Part shown: piece after piece, positions 9,679 through 19,826 of the stretch
Layout: each line of letters starts with the position of its first letter
How positions within the stretch are numbered: the stretch's first letter is position 1
Assembly (NCBI GenBank): GCA_017886765.1
Contig: JAGHJI010000064.1
Coordinates: 24 to 64,023 of the forward strand
Length of the DNA: 64,000 nt
DNA from: Eubacterium sp.
Lineage (GTDB): Bacteria; Bacillota; Clostridia; Oscillospirales; Acutalibacteraceae
Direction of reading: 5' to 3'
The notes under the pieces: model-generated
What the model was told of the DNA's origin: nothing
The model's database searches: none
Seen by the model: the letters and a program-made list of their open reading frames with translations, nothing else
Translations under genes and position numbers: made by a program

Positions 9679-11589
9679 ATGGAAAGTTTGATTATTGTTC
9701 TGATTGGGTTTCCTTTTTTAAGCGCGCTGCTTCTTAGCATATTCAAAAACAACACAGTCAGGCAAATCATCACCTATGTCAGCAGCATTGCCGTAATAGG
9801 TATGGCGGTAGCTTTTGCCGTTAAGTATTTCACATCAGGCGCTGACAGCATTTCTCTTTTCAGCGAAACGGAAATAGTTGACTACGCAATGATGGCCGCA
9901 GAGGCATTCCTTATGGTGCTTGTAACGGTGCTGAGCATAAAATACAAGCAGTATTACGCCGCCGTGCTGTCAATCGTTCAGACTGTACTGATGTTCTGGT
10001 ATGAACTTGGCGGACACGCCCCCCATCAGCTGGTAAATAAAATATACATTGACCAGCTTACTGTAATTATGGTGCTTATCGTCGCGGTAATTGGTACTCT
10101 TATAACAGTTTATGCTTGCGGATATATGAAGGATTACCACAATCACCATAAAGAATTTAAGGACAGGAGGAGATATTTCTTCTCCCTGCTTTACGTTTTC
10201 CTCGGCGCAATGTTCGGACTTGTTCTTTCCAACAGCCTTATCTGGATGTATTTTTTCTGGGAGATCACAAGCGTTGTATCCTTCCTTCTCATCGGATATA
10301 CAAAGACAAGAGAGGCTATCCACAACTGCTTCAGAGCCCTGTGGATGAATCTTTTGGGCGGCTGCGGATTTGCGGCGGCAATCGTCATAGCGGGAATGCA
10401 GTTCCATGTTACCGATATGCAGAGTCTTATCCTGTGTGACGGTACAATAATCGTTGTTCCGGTTATTCTGCTCTCCTTTGCCGCTCTTACCAAAAGCGCG
10501 CAGCTTCCCTTCTCCAAATGGCTGCTCGGCGCAATGGTGGCGCCCACGCCCTCATCCGCTCTGCTGCACAGCGCCACAATGGTCAAGGCGGGCGTGTACC
10601 TGCTGCTGAGGCTCTCCCCTGTTCTTGCAGACTCCTACGCGGGCACGATGGTAAGCCTTGTAGGCGGATTTACTTTCCTTGTCATGTCCATGCTCGCCAT
10701 TACCGTAAGCGACGGCAAAAAGGTGCTGGCATATTCGACCATATCCAACCTTGGTCTGATTACCGCATGTGCCGGCGTAGGCGCGGAGGAAACAGTCTGG
10801 GCAGGCATATTCCTTCTCATATTCCACGCTGTATCCAAATCGCTTTTATTCCAGACCGTGGGCGCTATCGAGAACTCAACAGGCTCAAGGGATATAGAAA
10901 CGATGCACGGTCTTGTCCGCCGTCATCCTTATCTTGCCTGGACTCTCGTTATCGGTATTGCGGGTATGTTCCTGGCTCCGTTCGGTATGCTGATTTCAAA
11001 ATGGGCTGCGCTCAAAGCATTTATTGACAACGGCTCGATCATTCTTATTTTGTTCGTATGCTTCGGCAGCGCCACCACCCTTTTCTACTGGATGAAATGG
11101 ATGGCGACCGTACTGGCGTCAAAAAACAACGACGTAAAAGCCAAGAATACCACCTCCGCCAATCAGTGGGTATCCATTCTGATTCACTCAGCGTTTATGG
11201 TTATGCTTTGCTTTGCGTTCCCGTTTATTTCATCAGAGGTCATTATTCCTTATATCCACAATGTATTCAACAATGCCTATTCGGTTATATCCAGCGACAA
11301 TATCATCATAATGATGATCATGCTGATTGCGATTTTCGTTATCCCGGGCTTATCCTGGATTTCCGCAAGGCATACAAAATACAAAAAGGTTGACCGTTAT
11401 ATCAACGGCGTAAACGCAGGCGACCAGATGAATTATATCGACTCCATGGGCGAAAAGAGGCGATTCTTCCTGGCAAACTGGTATATGGAAGATATATTCG
11501 GTGAAAAGAAGCTCTGGAATCCTTCGGTCATTGTATCCATCATACTGATCGTTTCATTTATGGTTATTTCAATAGGGGGTGCTTTCTGA
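9679..11589 (+). CDS. echA: Ech hydrogenase subunit A (NuoL/MrpA-like antiporter subunit)
   Basis: FFWEITS and KSAQLPFSKWLLGAMVAPTPSSALLHSATMVKAGVYLL motifs. The GAGGAGG RBS precedes the ATG at 9679, so the ORF-track start at 9583 is an over-extension. Confidence 0.88.
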   Translation: MESLIIVLIGFPFLSALLLSIFKNNTVRQIITYVSSIAVIGMAVAFAVKYFTSGADSISLFSETEIVDYAMMAAEAFLMVLVTVLSIKYKQYYAAVLSIVQTVLMFWYELGGHAPHQLVNKIYIDQLTVIMVLIVAVIGTLITVYACGYMKDYHNHHKEFKDRRRYFFSLLYVFLGAMFGLVLSNSLIWMYFFWEITSVVSFLLIGYTKTREAIHNCFRALWMNLLGGCGFAAAIVIAGMQFHVTDMQSLILCDGTIIVVPVILLSFAALTKSAQLPFSKWLLGAMVAPTPSSALLHSATMVKAGVYLLLRLSPVLADSYAGTMVSLVGGFTFLVMSMLAITVSDGKKVLAYSTISNLGLITACAGVGAEETVWAGIFLLIFHAVSKSLLFQTVGAIENSTGSRDIETMHGLVRRHPYLAWTLVIGIAGMFLAPFGMLISKWAALKAFIDNGSIILILFVCFGSATTLFYWMKWMATVLASKNNDVKAKNTTSANQWVSILIHSAFMVMLCFAFPFISSEVIIPYIHNVFNNAYSVISSDNIIIMMIMLIAIFVIPGLSWISARHTKYKKVDRYINGVNAGDQMNYIDSMGEKRRFFLANWYMEDIFGEKKLWNPSVIVSIILIVSFMVISIGGAF

Positions 11590-12476
11590 TGACAGGTACG
11601 GTAAAAATTATTCTCAGCATTGTCGCCTATATTATACTCGCCCCTGTGATCGGCGGTCTGATGTCCGGAATAGACAGAAAGATCACCGCGCGTATGCAGG
11701 GCAGGCAGGGCCCTCCCATTCTTCAGCCCTTTTATGATGTGATCAAGCTTTTGAAAAAGGAGACCGTATTTGTAAATCACGTTCAGATTTTCTATCTGCT
11801 GACATTCCTTGTTTTTGTAATCTTTACAGGCTGTCTCTTTTTCGGCGGATTTGATCTGCTCCTTGTATTCTTCGCATTGACTACGGCAAATCTGTTTCTT
11901 ATCCTTGCCGCAACAAGCGCGCATTCTCCATACGCCAATATGGGCGCCAACCGCGAAATGATGCAGATGCTGGCATATGAGCCTATGGTTCTGCTTACGG
12001 CAGTGGGATTTTACCTGGCGACAGGTACTTTTAAAGTACGTGAAATCGTTATGCATGACGGCACGCTGCCGATCATTATGCTCCCCGGCGTATTTGTGGG
12101 ATTTGTATTCATCCTGACGATCAAACTGAGGAAGCATCCCTTTGACCTTGCCACAAGTCACCATGCACATCAGGAAATGGTCAAAGGTATAACCACTGAA
12201 TTTTCAGGAGAAATGTTCGCTATCGTTGAGATCGCTCACTGGTATGAAAGCGTATTCCTTATGGGCGTGATCGCTCTGTTCTTCCTGAATGCAAACTGGT
12301 GGACGATTTTCATTGCCCTTATTGCTATTTCAATAAGCTACTTTGTATTAGTCCTTGTTGACAATACAAACGCCCGTGTTAAATGGCAAAAAATGTTTAA
12401 GAACTCCTGGATCACAACAATTATCATCGGAGCGCTTAACGTCTTTATTCTTGAAGTATTTACGAAGGGGGTATAA
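11589..12476 (+). CDS. echB: Ech hydrogenase subunit B (NuoH-like)
   Basis: GIDRKITARMQGRQGPPILQPFYDVIKL and PFDLA motifs; overlaps the echA stop. Confidence 0.88.
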   Translation: MTGTVKIILSIVAYIILAPVIGGLMSGIDRKITARMQGRQGPPILQPFYDVIKLLKKETVFVNHVQIFYLLTFLVFVIFTGCLFFGGFDLLLVFFALTTANLFLILAATSAHSPYANMGANREMMQMLAYEPMVLLTAVGFYLATGTFKVREIVMHDGTLPIIMLPGVFVGFVFILTIKLRKHPFDLATSHHAHQEMVKGITTEFSGEMFAIVEIAHWYESVFLMGVIALFFLNANWWTIFIALIAISISYFVLVLVDNTNARVKWQKMFKNSWITTIIIGALNVFILEVFTKGV

Positions 12477-12478
12477 AA

Positions 12479-12913
12479 ATGGCTGACGTATCAAAATCAC
12501 CATGGATTATGCACTATGACGGCTCAAGCTGTAACGGCTGTGATATTGAAGTGCTGGCTTGCCTGACTCCCGTTTATGATGTTGAGCGTTTCGGCGTAAT
12601 CAATACCGGCAATCCAAAGCATGCGGACATCCTGCTGATTACCGGCTCCGTTAACGAGCAGAACAAGGATGTTGTAAAACAGATATACGAACAGATGACC
12701 GAGCCGAAGGTTGTGTGCGCCATAGGCATATGCGCCTGCAACGGCGGCGTATTCAAGGATTGCTATAATATCCTCGGCGGCGTTGACAAGGTCATCCCCG
12801 TAGATATATATGTACCGGGCTGCGCGGCAAGACCGGAAGCGATCATTGACGGCGTTGTCCAGTCTCTGGCGCTTTTGAGAGAAAAAAGCAAAAAGCTGAA
12901 GGAGGGTAATTAA
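12479..12913 (+). CDS. echC: Ech hydrogenase small subunit C (NuoB-like)
   Basis: SSCNGCDIE, GICACNGG and VPGCAARPEAI motifs. Confidence 0.9.
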   Translation: MADVSKSPWIMHYDGSSCNGCDIEVLACLTPVYDVERFGVINTGNPKHADILLITGSVNEQNKDVVKQIYEQMTEPKVVCAIGICACNGGVFKDCYNILGGVDKVIPVDIYVPGCAARPEAIIDGVVQSLALLREKSKKLKEGN

Positions 12914-13306
12914 ATGAGAGAAGAATATACGCTTGAAACAGTGGATATGCCCACCCTTTATAAAATCATGCTTGAAAAGCAGAGGGCAGGCTACAGGCTC
13001 GCCCAGATCTGCGCCACAGCCTTTGAAGGGTACAATGAGCTGATCTACTCCGTTGCCATTGATTACACCTTTGAAAACTATAAAATCATCGTTCCTATTG
13101 ATGAGGAAATCAATACCATTTCAGACTTTTTCCCGTCAGCTATGCTCTATGAAAATGAGATGAAAGAGCTGTTCGGCGTTAAAATAAAATCCATAAATCC
13201 AGACTACAACAACAAGCTATACAGAATAGCCAAGAAAACTCCGTTTAAAAAGGAAGTAAAAAACGCTGTAAAGGTCGTTAAAAAAGAAGAGGAGGCGAAA
13301 GAATAA
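12914..13306 (+). CDS. echD: Ech hydrogenase subunit D (NuoC-like)
   Basis: FPSAMLYENEMKELFG motif; position in the operon. Confidence 0.82.
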   Translation: MREEYTLETVDMPTLYKIMLEKQRAGYRLAQICATAFEGYNELIYSVAIDYTFENYKIIVPIDEEINTISDFFPSAMLYENEMKELFGVKIKSINPDYNNKLYRIAKKTPFKKEVKNAVKVVKKEEEAKE

Positions 13307-14385
13307 TGGGTGAAAGATCAGTTGTGCCCTTTGGTCCTCAGCATCCCGTTTTGCCGGAGCCGATTCATCTGGACCTTGTGCTTGAGGATGAAAAGGTCGT
13401 TGAGGCGATCCCCTCCATCGGTTTTGTGCACAGAGGTCTTGAAAGTCTTGCGGAAAAAAGAGATTTCAACGATTATCAGTATGTTGTTGAGAGAATCTGC
13501 GGCATATGCTCCTTTAAACACGGTATGGCATACTGCGAGACCCTTGAAAGAATTTTTAACGCAGAGGTGCCTGAAAGGGCACAGTTCCTCAGAACAATCT
13601 GGGGAGAGATGAGCCGTATTCATTCCCACCTGCTCTGGTTAGGTCTGCTTGCGGACGCTTTCGGCTTCGACGCGCTGTTTATGCAGTGCTGGAGAATGAG
13701 AGAAAAAGTACTGGATATGTTTGAAGCCTCCACCGGCGGACGCGTTATCTTCTCTGTCAATAAGGTGGGCGGTGTGCTCAAAGATATGGATTCTTCCATG
13801 CTCAAAAGCTTTGTAAGCATTTTTGATGATATGGAAAAAGACCTAAAAAAGATTGTAAAAACATTTCTGAACGACTATACAGTTGACTCACGTCTGAGAG
13901 ACGTGGGCATTCTCACCAAAGAGGACGCCATTCGTCTCGGCGCGGTAGGTCCTATGGCAAGAGCGGCAGGTATCAAGCTGGATACGCGTATGACAGGTTA
14001 TGAGGCTTATGACAAGGTAGAATTTGAAATCATCACATCCGATCAGTGCGACGGCTGGGGAAGATGCGCTGTGCGTATCGGGGAAATTTTCCAGTCCTTC
14101 AATATTATCAGACAGCTTGTTGACAAGATACCCGAAGGTTCCATTGCCAATCAGATAAAAGGCAATCCCGACGGTGAAGCGTTTGCCAGAGTGGAACAAC
14201 CCAGGGGCGAAGCGATATTCTACTGCAAGGGCAACGGAACAAAGTTCCTGGAGCGTTTCAGAATCCGCACTCCCACTTTCACGAACATCCAATCCCTTAT
14301 CCATATTCTTCCGGGATCGGACCTTGCTGATGTACCGCTTCAGATACTAACCATCGACCCCTGCGTAAGCTGCACGGAAAGATAG
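13306..14385 (+). CDS. echE: Ech [NiFe] hydrogenase large subunit E (group 4)
   Basis: Ni-binding motifs ERICGICS and DPCVSCTER; ends at R with no cleavable C-terminal extension. Confidence 0.93.
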   Translation: MGERSVVPFGPQHPVLPEPIHLDLVLEDEKVVEAIPSIGFVHRGLESLAEKRDFNDYQYVVERICGICSFKHGMAYCETLERIFNAEVPERAQFLRTIWGEMSRIHSHLLWLGLLADAFGFDALFMQCWRMREKVLDMFEASTGGRVIFSVNKVGGVLKDMDSSMLKSFVSIFDDMEKDLKKIVKTFLNDYTVDSRLRDVGILTKEDAIRLGAVGPMARAAGIKLDTRMTGYEAYDKVEFEIITSDQCDGWGRCAVRIGEIFQSFNIIRQLVDKIPEGSIANQIKGNPDGEAFARVEQPRGEAIFYCKGNGTKFLERFRIRTPTFTNIQSLIHILPGSDLADVPLQILTIDPCVSCTER

Positions 14386-14398
14386 GAGGAAAAGATAT

Positions 14399-14980
14399 AT
14401 GGGAATCATGAATTTTTCCTTTACCGCTTTAAAGAATCTTTTTTCCAAGCCGGCTACCGAAAAGTATCCGGCTGTACCGAGAACGTATCCGGAGCGCAGC
14501 AGAGGTCATGTTGAAATCAATATTGACGACTGCATCATGTGCGGTATCTGCTCACGTAAGTGTATGTCCGGCGCCATCACTGTGGACAGAGCAAACAAGA
14601 CCTGGTCCATTGAAAGAATGGGCTGCGTTCAGTGCTCCGCCTGTGTAAACGCCTGTCCGAAGAAATGTCTTTCCATGGTGCCGGGATATACGGCGCCGTC
14701 TTCGGAAAAAATCGTTGACAGCTACAGTCAGCCGATTCCGGAGACCAAACCCGGCAAGATCGTAAATGATATGTCCAAGTGCATTCTTTGCGGTCTGTGC
14801 GCAAGGAAGTGTCCCCAGGAATGTATAACCGTTGACAGAACGGGTGAAAAGACCTGGTCCATAGACCGTGACAAGTGCGTGCAGTGCGGCGCCTGTATTG
14901 ACGCCTGCCTGAAATTCAAGGCGCTGAGCACAGTTGACGACGACGGTGAAAAGGGTGTTGTTACACTTCACAAGGAGTAA
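14399..14980 (+). CDS. echF: Ech subunit F, ferredoxin-like, with four CxxCxxCxxxC motifs
   Basis: N-terminal KPATEKYP...RSRGH pattern; CIMCGICSRKC, CVQCSACVNAC, CILCGLCARKC and CVQCGACIDAC. Confidence 0.85.
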   Translation: MGIMNFSFTALKNLFSKPATEKYPAVPRTYPERSRGHVEINIDDCIMCGICSRKCMSGAITVDRANKTWSIERMGCVQCSACVNACPKKCLSMVPGYTAPSSEKIVDSYSQPIPETKPGKIVNDMSKCILCGLCARKCPQECITVDRTGEKTWSIDRDKCVQCGACIDACLKFKALSTVDDDGEKGVVTLHKE

Positions 14981-14985
14981 TCCTG

Positions 14986-17076
14986 ATGACAAGAAAGTTA
15001 ACCTTCCACGGTATCGTTCAGGGAATAGGTTTCCGGCCTGCCGCCCAGCGTACCGCAAAGGACCTTGGAATAAAAGGTCAGGTTAAAAATACAGGCGGAA
15101 ATGTCAGCCTGATCATCAGCGGAAGTAAACAGGCGTTGGACGAATATGTCCGGCGCCTTATTGCCTTGTTTGATATAAAAGAATATGAAACGGAAAATAT
15201 AGATGAAATACCGTTTTCCGATTTTGAAATCGTACATTCCGGCAATGATAACCGAACTCCTTTTCTGACTCCCGACCTTGCCACCTGCGACGACTGCGAA
15301 AAGGAACTCAGGGATAAAAACGACCGCAGATACCGCCACCCTTTTATCAGCTGCGTAAACTGCGGTCCGAGATATACAATCATAAAATCCCTGCCCTATG
15401 ACAGGGAAAACATAACCATGTCACCCTTTGCTATGTGTGACAGATGTAAAACCGAATACCGATCGGTATATGACAGACGGTGCCATGCCCAGACCATCGC
15501 CTGCAATGACTGCGGACCAAAGACAAATATGCCGGTTGAAAGCGCGGCTGAACTTTTAAAGCAGGGTAAAATACTGGCCATTAAGGATATAGGCGGATAT
15601 CATCTCGCCTGCCGTACCGACAGTGTAATAAGCGTAAATAAAATCAGGGAAATCAAGGGGAGAGAAACCAAGCCCTTTGCGGTCATGTTTTCCTCCCTTG
15701 ACGAAATCAAAGCATACTGCAAAGTAAATGGCAAGGAAGAAGCGTTGCTGCTCTCCCCCGCCCGCCCCATTGTCCTGCTTGAAAAAATAAAGGATTTTGA
15801 CAGCTCGGTGTGCGGCGACAGTGATTATATCGGCGCTTTTCTGCCCTGCAATCCCATTCAGATCCTGTTGCTTGACCAGGTATCGCCGCTGGTGATGACC
15901 AGCGCCAATGTAAGCGGCGAGCCCATCATAACCGACGACGAGGAAATTAAAAAATTCGGTGTAGCTGTGCTTTCCCATAATCGAGAAATCCTTACACCGA
16001 TTGACGACAGCGTGGTGTGCGTTACCGCCGGCAGAACCCAGTTTATACGCCGAGCAAGAGGATATGTCCCGCTGACAATAGAAATCGACCATAAAGCCGT
16101 GCGGGACACGCTGTGTCTGGGCGGAGATCTGAAAGCCGCATTTGCCTTTCACAGAGACAATGATGTATTTTTCAGTCAGCATTTCGGCGACCTTGATGAT
16201 AAAGCGGTATATGACTGCTATAAATCAAACATAAACAGATTTGCGAAGCTGCACGGCTTTCAAACAGAAAAAATCGTATCCGATGCCCACCCGGGGTATT
16301 ATTCGTCAAATATGTTTGAAAATACGGATAGGAAAATTCAGCATCATAAAGCGCATACAGCGTCCGTCATCGCGGAGCATCATTTAAAAGGCAAGGTACT
16401 TGGCTTTGCCTTTGACGGAACGGGCTACGGTGACGACGGCGCCGTGTGGGGCAGCGAAGTATTCCTTTTTGAAGAAAAAAAAATCAGCCGAGTCGAGCAT
16501 TTAAAATATGCCACGATGCTGTCCTCAGACGAGGTGTCAAAAAACGCAAAGCTTGCGCTGGACTGCTACCTGGGCGGCAATGAACTGGTTGACAAAGCCA
16601 TTGAAAATCATATCGGCGTCGTGCTTTCGTCCAGCATGGGCAGGCTCTTTGACGCGGTATGCGCTCTGCTGGAAATCAAGCAGTACAATTCCTATGAGGG
16701 AGAATGCGCCTGCGCCCTTGAAAGCATGGCTAAAAAAGCGGAGAGAGCATATTCTTTGACTCCCTCTCTCGACCCGATTGAAATATTAAACGAAATAAAA
16801 ACAGCAAAAAGCAAGGCGCCTGCCGAGACGCTTGCCTTGGGCTTTCACCTCATGATATGCGATCTGATCGTCCGTATCGCTCAAAAATATAAAAAACAAT
16901 ACGGCGTCCGTCAGATCGCGCTGAGCGGCGGCGTGTTCAACAATCGGATCATCACCGCCCGTTCGATAGAAAAACTGGAAGAAAAAGGTTTTACGGTATA
17001 TATGAATGAAAGCGTACCCTGCGGCGATGGCGGAATCGCTCTGGGTCAGGCATATTTATCAAGTATGGAGGAATAA
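14986..17076 (+). CDS. hypF: Carbamoyltransferase HypF
   Basis: Acylphosphatase-like start (GIVQGIGFRP), two Zn fingers, YrdC-like domain, Kae1-like QHHKAH...FDGTGYG, and GDGGIALGQ. Confidence 0.95.
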   Translation: MTRKLTFHGIVQGIGFRPAAQRTAKDLGIKGQVKNTGGNVSLIISGSKQALDEYVRRLIALFDIKEYETENIDEIPFSDFEIVHSGNDNRTPFLTPDLATCDDCEKELRDKNDRRYRHPFISCVNCGPRYTIIKSLPYDRENITMSPFAMCDRCKTEYRSVYDRRCHAQTIACNDCGPKTNMPVESAAELLKQGKILAIKDIGGYHLACRTDSVISVNKIREIKGRETKPFAVMFSSLDEIKAYCKVNGKEEALLLSPARPIVLLEKIKDFDSSVCGDSDYIGAFLPCNPIQILLLDQVSPLVMTSANVSGEPIITDDEEIKKFGVAVLSHNREILTPIDDSVVCVTAGRTQFIRRARGYVPLTIEIDHKAVRDTLCLGGDLKAAFAFHRDNDVFFSQHFGDLDDKAVYDCYKSNINRFAKLHGFQTEKIVSDAHPGYYSSNMFENTDRKIQHHKAHTASVIAEHHLKGKVLGFAFDGTGYGDDGAVWGSEVFLFEEKKISRVEHLKYATMLSSDEVSKNAKLALDCYLGGNELVDKAIENHIGVVLSSSMGRLFDAVCALLEIKQYNSYEGECACALESMAKKAERAYSLTPSLDPIEILNEIKTAKSKAPAETLALGFHLMICDLIVRIAQKYKKQYGVRQIALSGGVFNNRIITARSIEKLEEKGFTVYMNESVPCGDGGIALGQAYLSSMEE

Positions 17077-17078
17077 AG

Positions 17079-17294
17079 ATGTGTGTTGCGGCACCCGGTA
17101 AGATAACTGAAATCAACGGCAGCACCGCCGTTGTGGACTATAACGGAAACAAGATTCATGCGGATAAGGGCATAGTTGACGTAAAAATTGGTGACTATGT
17201 GCTTGTGCACGCAGGGCTTATCATTCAGGTTTTATCCGAAGATGAGGCAAAAAATATGATTGACATTTTTAACGAGCTGGGAGAGCTGTCCTGA
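17079..17294 (+). CDS. hypC: Hydrogenase maturation chaperone HypC
   Basis: MCVAAPG start and GDYVLVHAG. Confidence 0.93.
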   Translation: MCVAAPGKITEINGSTAVVDYNGNKIHADKGIVDVKIGDYVLVHAGLIIQVLSEDEAKNMIDIFNELGELS

Positions 17295-18337
17295 TGGATA
17301 TTAAGGATATAACGGAATTTCTTCGGACATACGACGGAGAAAATCTGTCTTTTATGGAGGTCTGCGGAACACATACCGCCGCCATAAGCGAAAGCGGGAT
17401 TCCCTCTCTTTTAAGCGATAAGATCAGGCTCATCAGCGGTCCCGGCTGCCCGGTATGCGTTACCGTCGCCGATTATATAGACAGGCTGTGCGAGCTTGCG
17501 CTGATGGAAAACACCTGCGTTGTCACCTTCGGCGATTTAATCAGAGTACCCGGCTCAGAATCCGCTTTGCAGGAAACGAAATCAAAAGGCGGACGGATTC
17601 AGATGGTGTACTCCCCCTTTGAGATCATAGACCTTGCAAAGCAGGATGAAAACACCATGTTCGTTTTCGCCGCAGTAGGCTTTGAAACCACCACACCGAT
17701 CTACGCCGTACTGCTTGAAAAAATCATGGAAAATCATATACAGAACATTCAGCTTCTGACGGCGCTTAAGACCATGCCCGCCGCCATTGATGCCTTATGT
17801 CAGATGGACGGAAAGATCGACGGTTTCATCGCACCGGGTCATGTCAGCGTGATTACAGGAGCAAACGCCTTTAAGCCCCTGGCTGAAAAATACGACCTGC
17901 CCTTTGTTGTCAGCGGTTTCCAAGCCCAAGAGCTCCTTGCGTCCATTTATGCCCTTGTGAAACTCAGGGGTCAGGGAAAGGTGCTGAATCTCTACAAATC
18001 CGCAGTAACCGAAAGCGGAAATGAAAAGGCAAAGCATCTTGTTAATAAATACTTTGAGCCCTGTGATGCCGTATGGCGGGGAATCGGGAAAATAAAACAT
18101 TCCGGAATGGCTCTGAAAGAGGAATACAGCCGTTATGACGCCGGCAGCAGAGCGCTTGTAAACGATCATGTAAGGAATAAAAAATGCAGGTGCGGCGAAG
18201 TCATTACCGGCTTTGTTTCCCCCTGCGAATGTCCCCTTTTCGCAAAGGCGTGTACGCCTGAAAATCCACAAGGCGCCTGTATGGTATCCAACGAAGGCTC
18301 CTGTTTTCACTACTATATCAATAACCGAGGTCAGTAA
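17294..18337 (+). CDS. hypD: Hydrogenase maturation protein HypD
   Basis: MEVCGTHT, GPGCPVCV, GFETT, PGHVS and GACMVSNEGSC motifs. Confidence 0.95.
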   Translation: MDIKDITEFLRTYDGENLSFMEVCGTHTAAISESGIPSLLSDKIRLISGPGCPVCVTVADYIDRLCELALMENTCVVTFGDLIRVPGSESALQETKSKGGRIQMVYSPFEIIDLAKQDENTMFVFAAVGFETTTPIYAVLLEKIMENHIQNIQLLTALKTMPAAIDALCQMDGKIDGFIAPGHVSVITGANAFKPLAEKYDLPFVVSGFQAQELLASIYALVKLRGQGKVLNLYKSAVTESGNEKAKHLVNKYFEPCDAVWRGIGKIKHSGMALKEEYSRYDAGSRALVNDHVRNKKCRCGEVITGFVSPCECPLFAKACTPENPQGACMVSNEGSCFHYYINNRGQ

Positions 18338-18338
18338 T

Positions 18339-19319
18339 ATGAAAATCACACTTGCCCACGGCAGCGGCGGAAAATCCACCACAGATTTGATTGAATCGGT
18401 TTTCGCCAAGCACTTTTCAAACCCTATATTAAATAGGATGGAGGACAGCGCTGTTGTTGACAGCTCGTCCAAAATCGCGGTGACGACCGACTCCTTTGTG
18501 GTGACGCCGCTGATTTTTCCGGGCGGCAATATCGGCAGGCTTTCCATCTGCGGAACCGTCAACGATCTGCTTATGCGCGGCGCAGTGCCGAAATATATCA
18601 CCTCCGCCTTTATCATTGAGGAGGGTGCGGATACGGATACTCTTGCGCTGATCGCGAAATCCATGGCGGATACGGCGCGGGAGGCCGGCGTCACCATAAT
18701 CTGCGGCGATACAAAGGTAATCGAAGGCAGCGGCGGCATTTATATCAACACCACGGGCGTGGGCTTCGTTAAGGAAAGCACGGACATTGTTTCCACAAAT
18801 CTCCGTGAGGGGGACGCCGTTGTGGTCAGCGGAAATATGGGAGACCACCATGCCGCCATACTCTCCGCAAGAATGCATATTGAAAACAATATAAAATCCG
18901 ACAACGCTCCTCTGGGCGAAATGGTTCAGGCAATGCTCAAAGCAGGTATCGAGCTTCACTGTATGCGTGACGTGACCAGGGGCGGACTGGGTACAGTATT
19001 AAACGAGCTTGCCAAAGCTTCAAGGGTAAATATTGAACTCAGGGAGGAGAGCATACCGGTTAACGCCGAGGTCAGCTCCTTTGCCAAAATACTTGGACTT
19101 GATATTCTCCATATGGGCAACGAGGGCAAGCTGGTGGCTGTCATGCCTATGGAACAGGCTGAGCAGGCTGTTGAGATCATCAGGCAATGCCGATACGGCA
19201 AGAACGCGCAGATCATCGGAACGGTCAGACACGGATCAGGTGTAACGCTGATTACCCCCATCGGCGGAAAAAGACAGGTAAACGTCCTCTACGGTCAGGG
19301 CCTGCCGAGAATATGTTAA
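18339..19319 (+). CDS. hypE: Hydrogenase maturation protein HypE
   Basis: MKITLAHGSGG start (ATG at 18339 after GAGG), TDSFVV, GTVNDL, RDVTRGG; C-terminal LPRIC. Confidence 0.95.
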   Translation: MKITLAHGSGGKSTTDLIESVFAKHFSNPILNRMEDSAVVDSSSKIAVTTDSFVVTPLIFPGGNIGRLSICGTVNDLLMRGAVPKYITSAFIIEEGADTDTLALIAKSMADTAREAGVTIICGDTKVIEGSGGIYINTTGVGFVKESTDIVSTNLREGDAVVVSGNMGDHHAAILSARMHIENNIKSDNAPLGEMVQAMLKAGIELHCMRDVTRGGLGTVLNELAKASRVNIELREESIPVNAEVSSFAKILGLDILHMGNEGKLVAVMPMEQAEQAVEIIRQCRYGKNAQIIGTVRHGSGVTLITPIGGKRQVNVLYGQGLPRIC

Positions 19320-19323
19320 AAAG

Positions 19324-19364
19324 AAAAGGTACTGTAACAGATGAACCCTGCTGCAGTACCTTTT
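19324..19364. terminator. Bidirectional terminator between hypE and yccF
   Basis: AAAAGGTACTG...CAGTACCTTTT inverted repeat. Confidence 0.7.
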
Positions 19365-19379
19365 ATTTTTACGTTATTT

Positions 19380-19744
19380 CTATTTTTCTCTTATTTCCGC
19401 GCCGAAGGGCATAAGCGCCAGCTTTGCCAGTTTGAACTGCTGCTTACCGAAGGGTATACCGATGATTGTTATACAAAGAATAACGCCCCACGCAAGATGC
19501 TCCAGCGCAAGGGGAATACCTGAAAAAAGCATCCATACGATATTCAGCAAGAAAGATACGGCGCCTCCTCCGTATTCGATTTTTTTTTAAAGGGGAAAAA
19601 GCTTACCGACGCAAGTTTGAAACACTGTTTACCCACAGGTATTCCCACGATCGTCAGGCACCATAAACATCCGATAGCCAGCCAGCTCAGACCGCTGATA
19701 AATCCGCCGAATATAAACCACAAAAAATTACCCAATGTTGACAT
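19380..19744 (-). pseudogene. yccF: YccF-domain membrane protein split by a frameshift in an A9 run (19580-19588)
   Basis: The first repeat is MSTLGNFLWFIFGG...GIPVGKQCFKLA. Adding one A continues the frame as KKKIEYGGGAVSFLLNIVWMLFSG...ITIIGIPFGKQQFKLAKLALMPFG to TAG at 19380-19382. Confidence 0.85.
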
Positions 19745-19826
19745 ATTAACTCCTCCCTTTATTACTATATTATCAGATAATGACTGAAACGGATATATAA
19801 AAGCATATATTTACATACTATTTTTA

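Noticed and set aside
9679-14980. Respiratory complex I (nuo) operon
   Set aside because: The NuoD-like subunit has both Ni-binding CxxC motifs, the operon has the six-gene Ech layout, and hyp genes follow.
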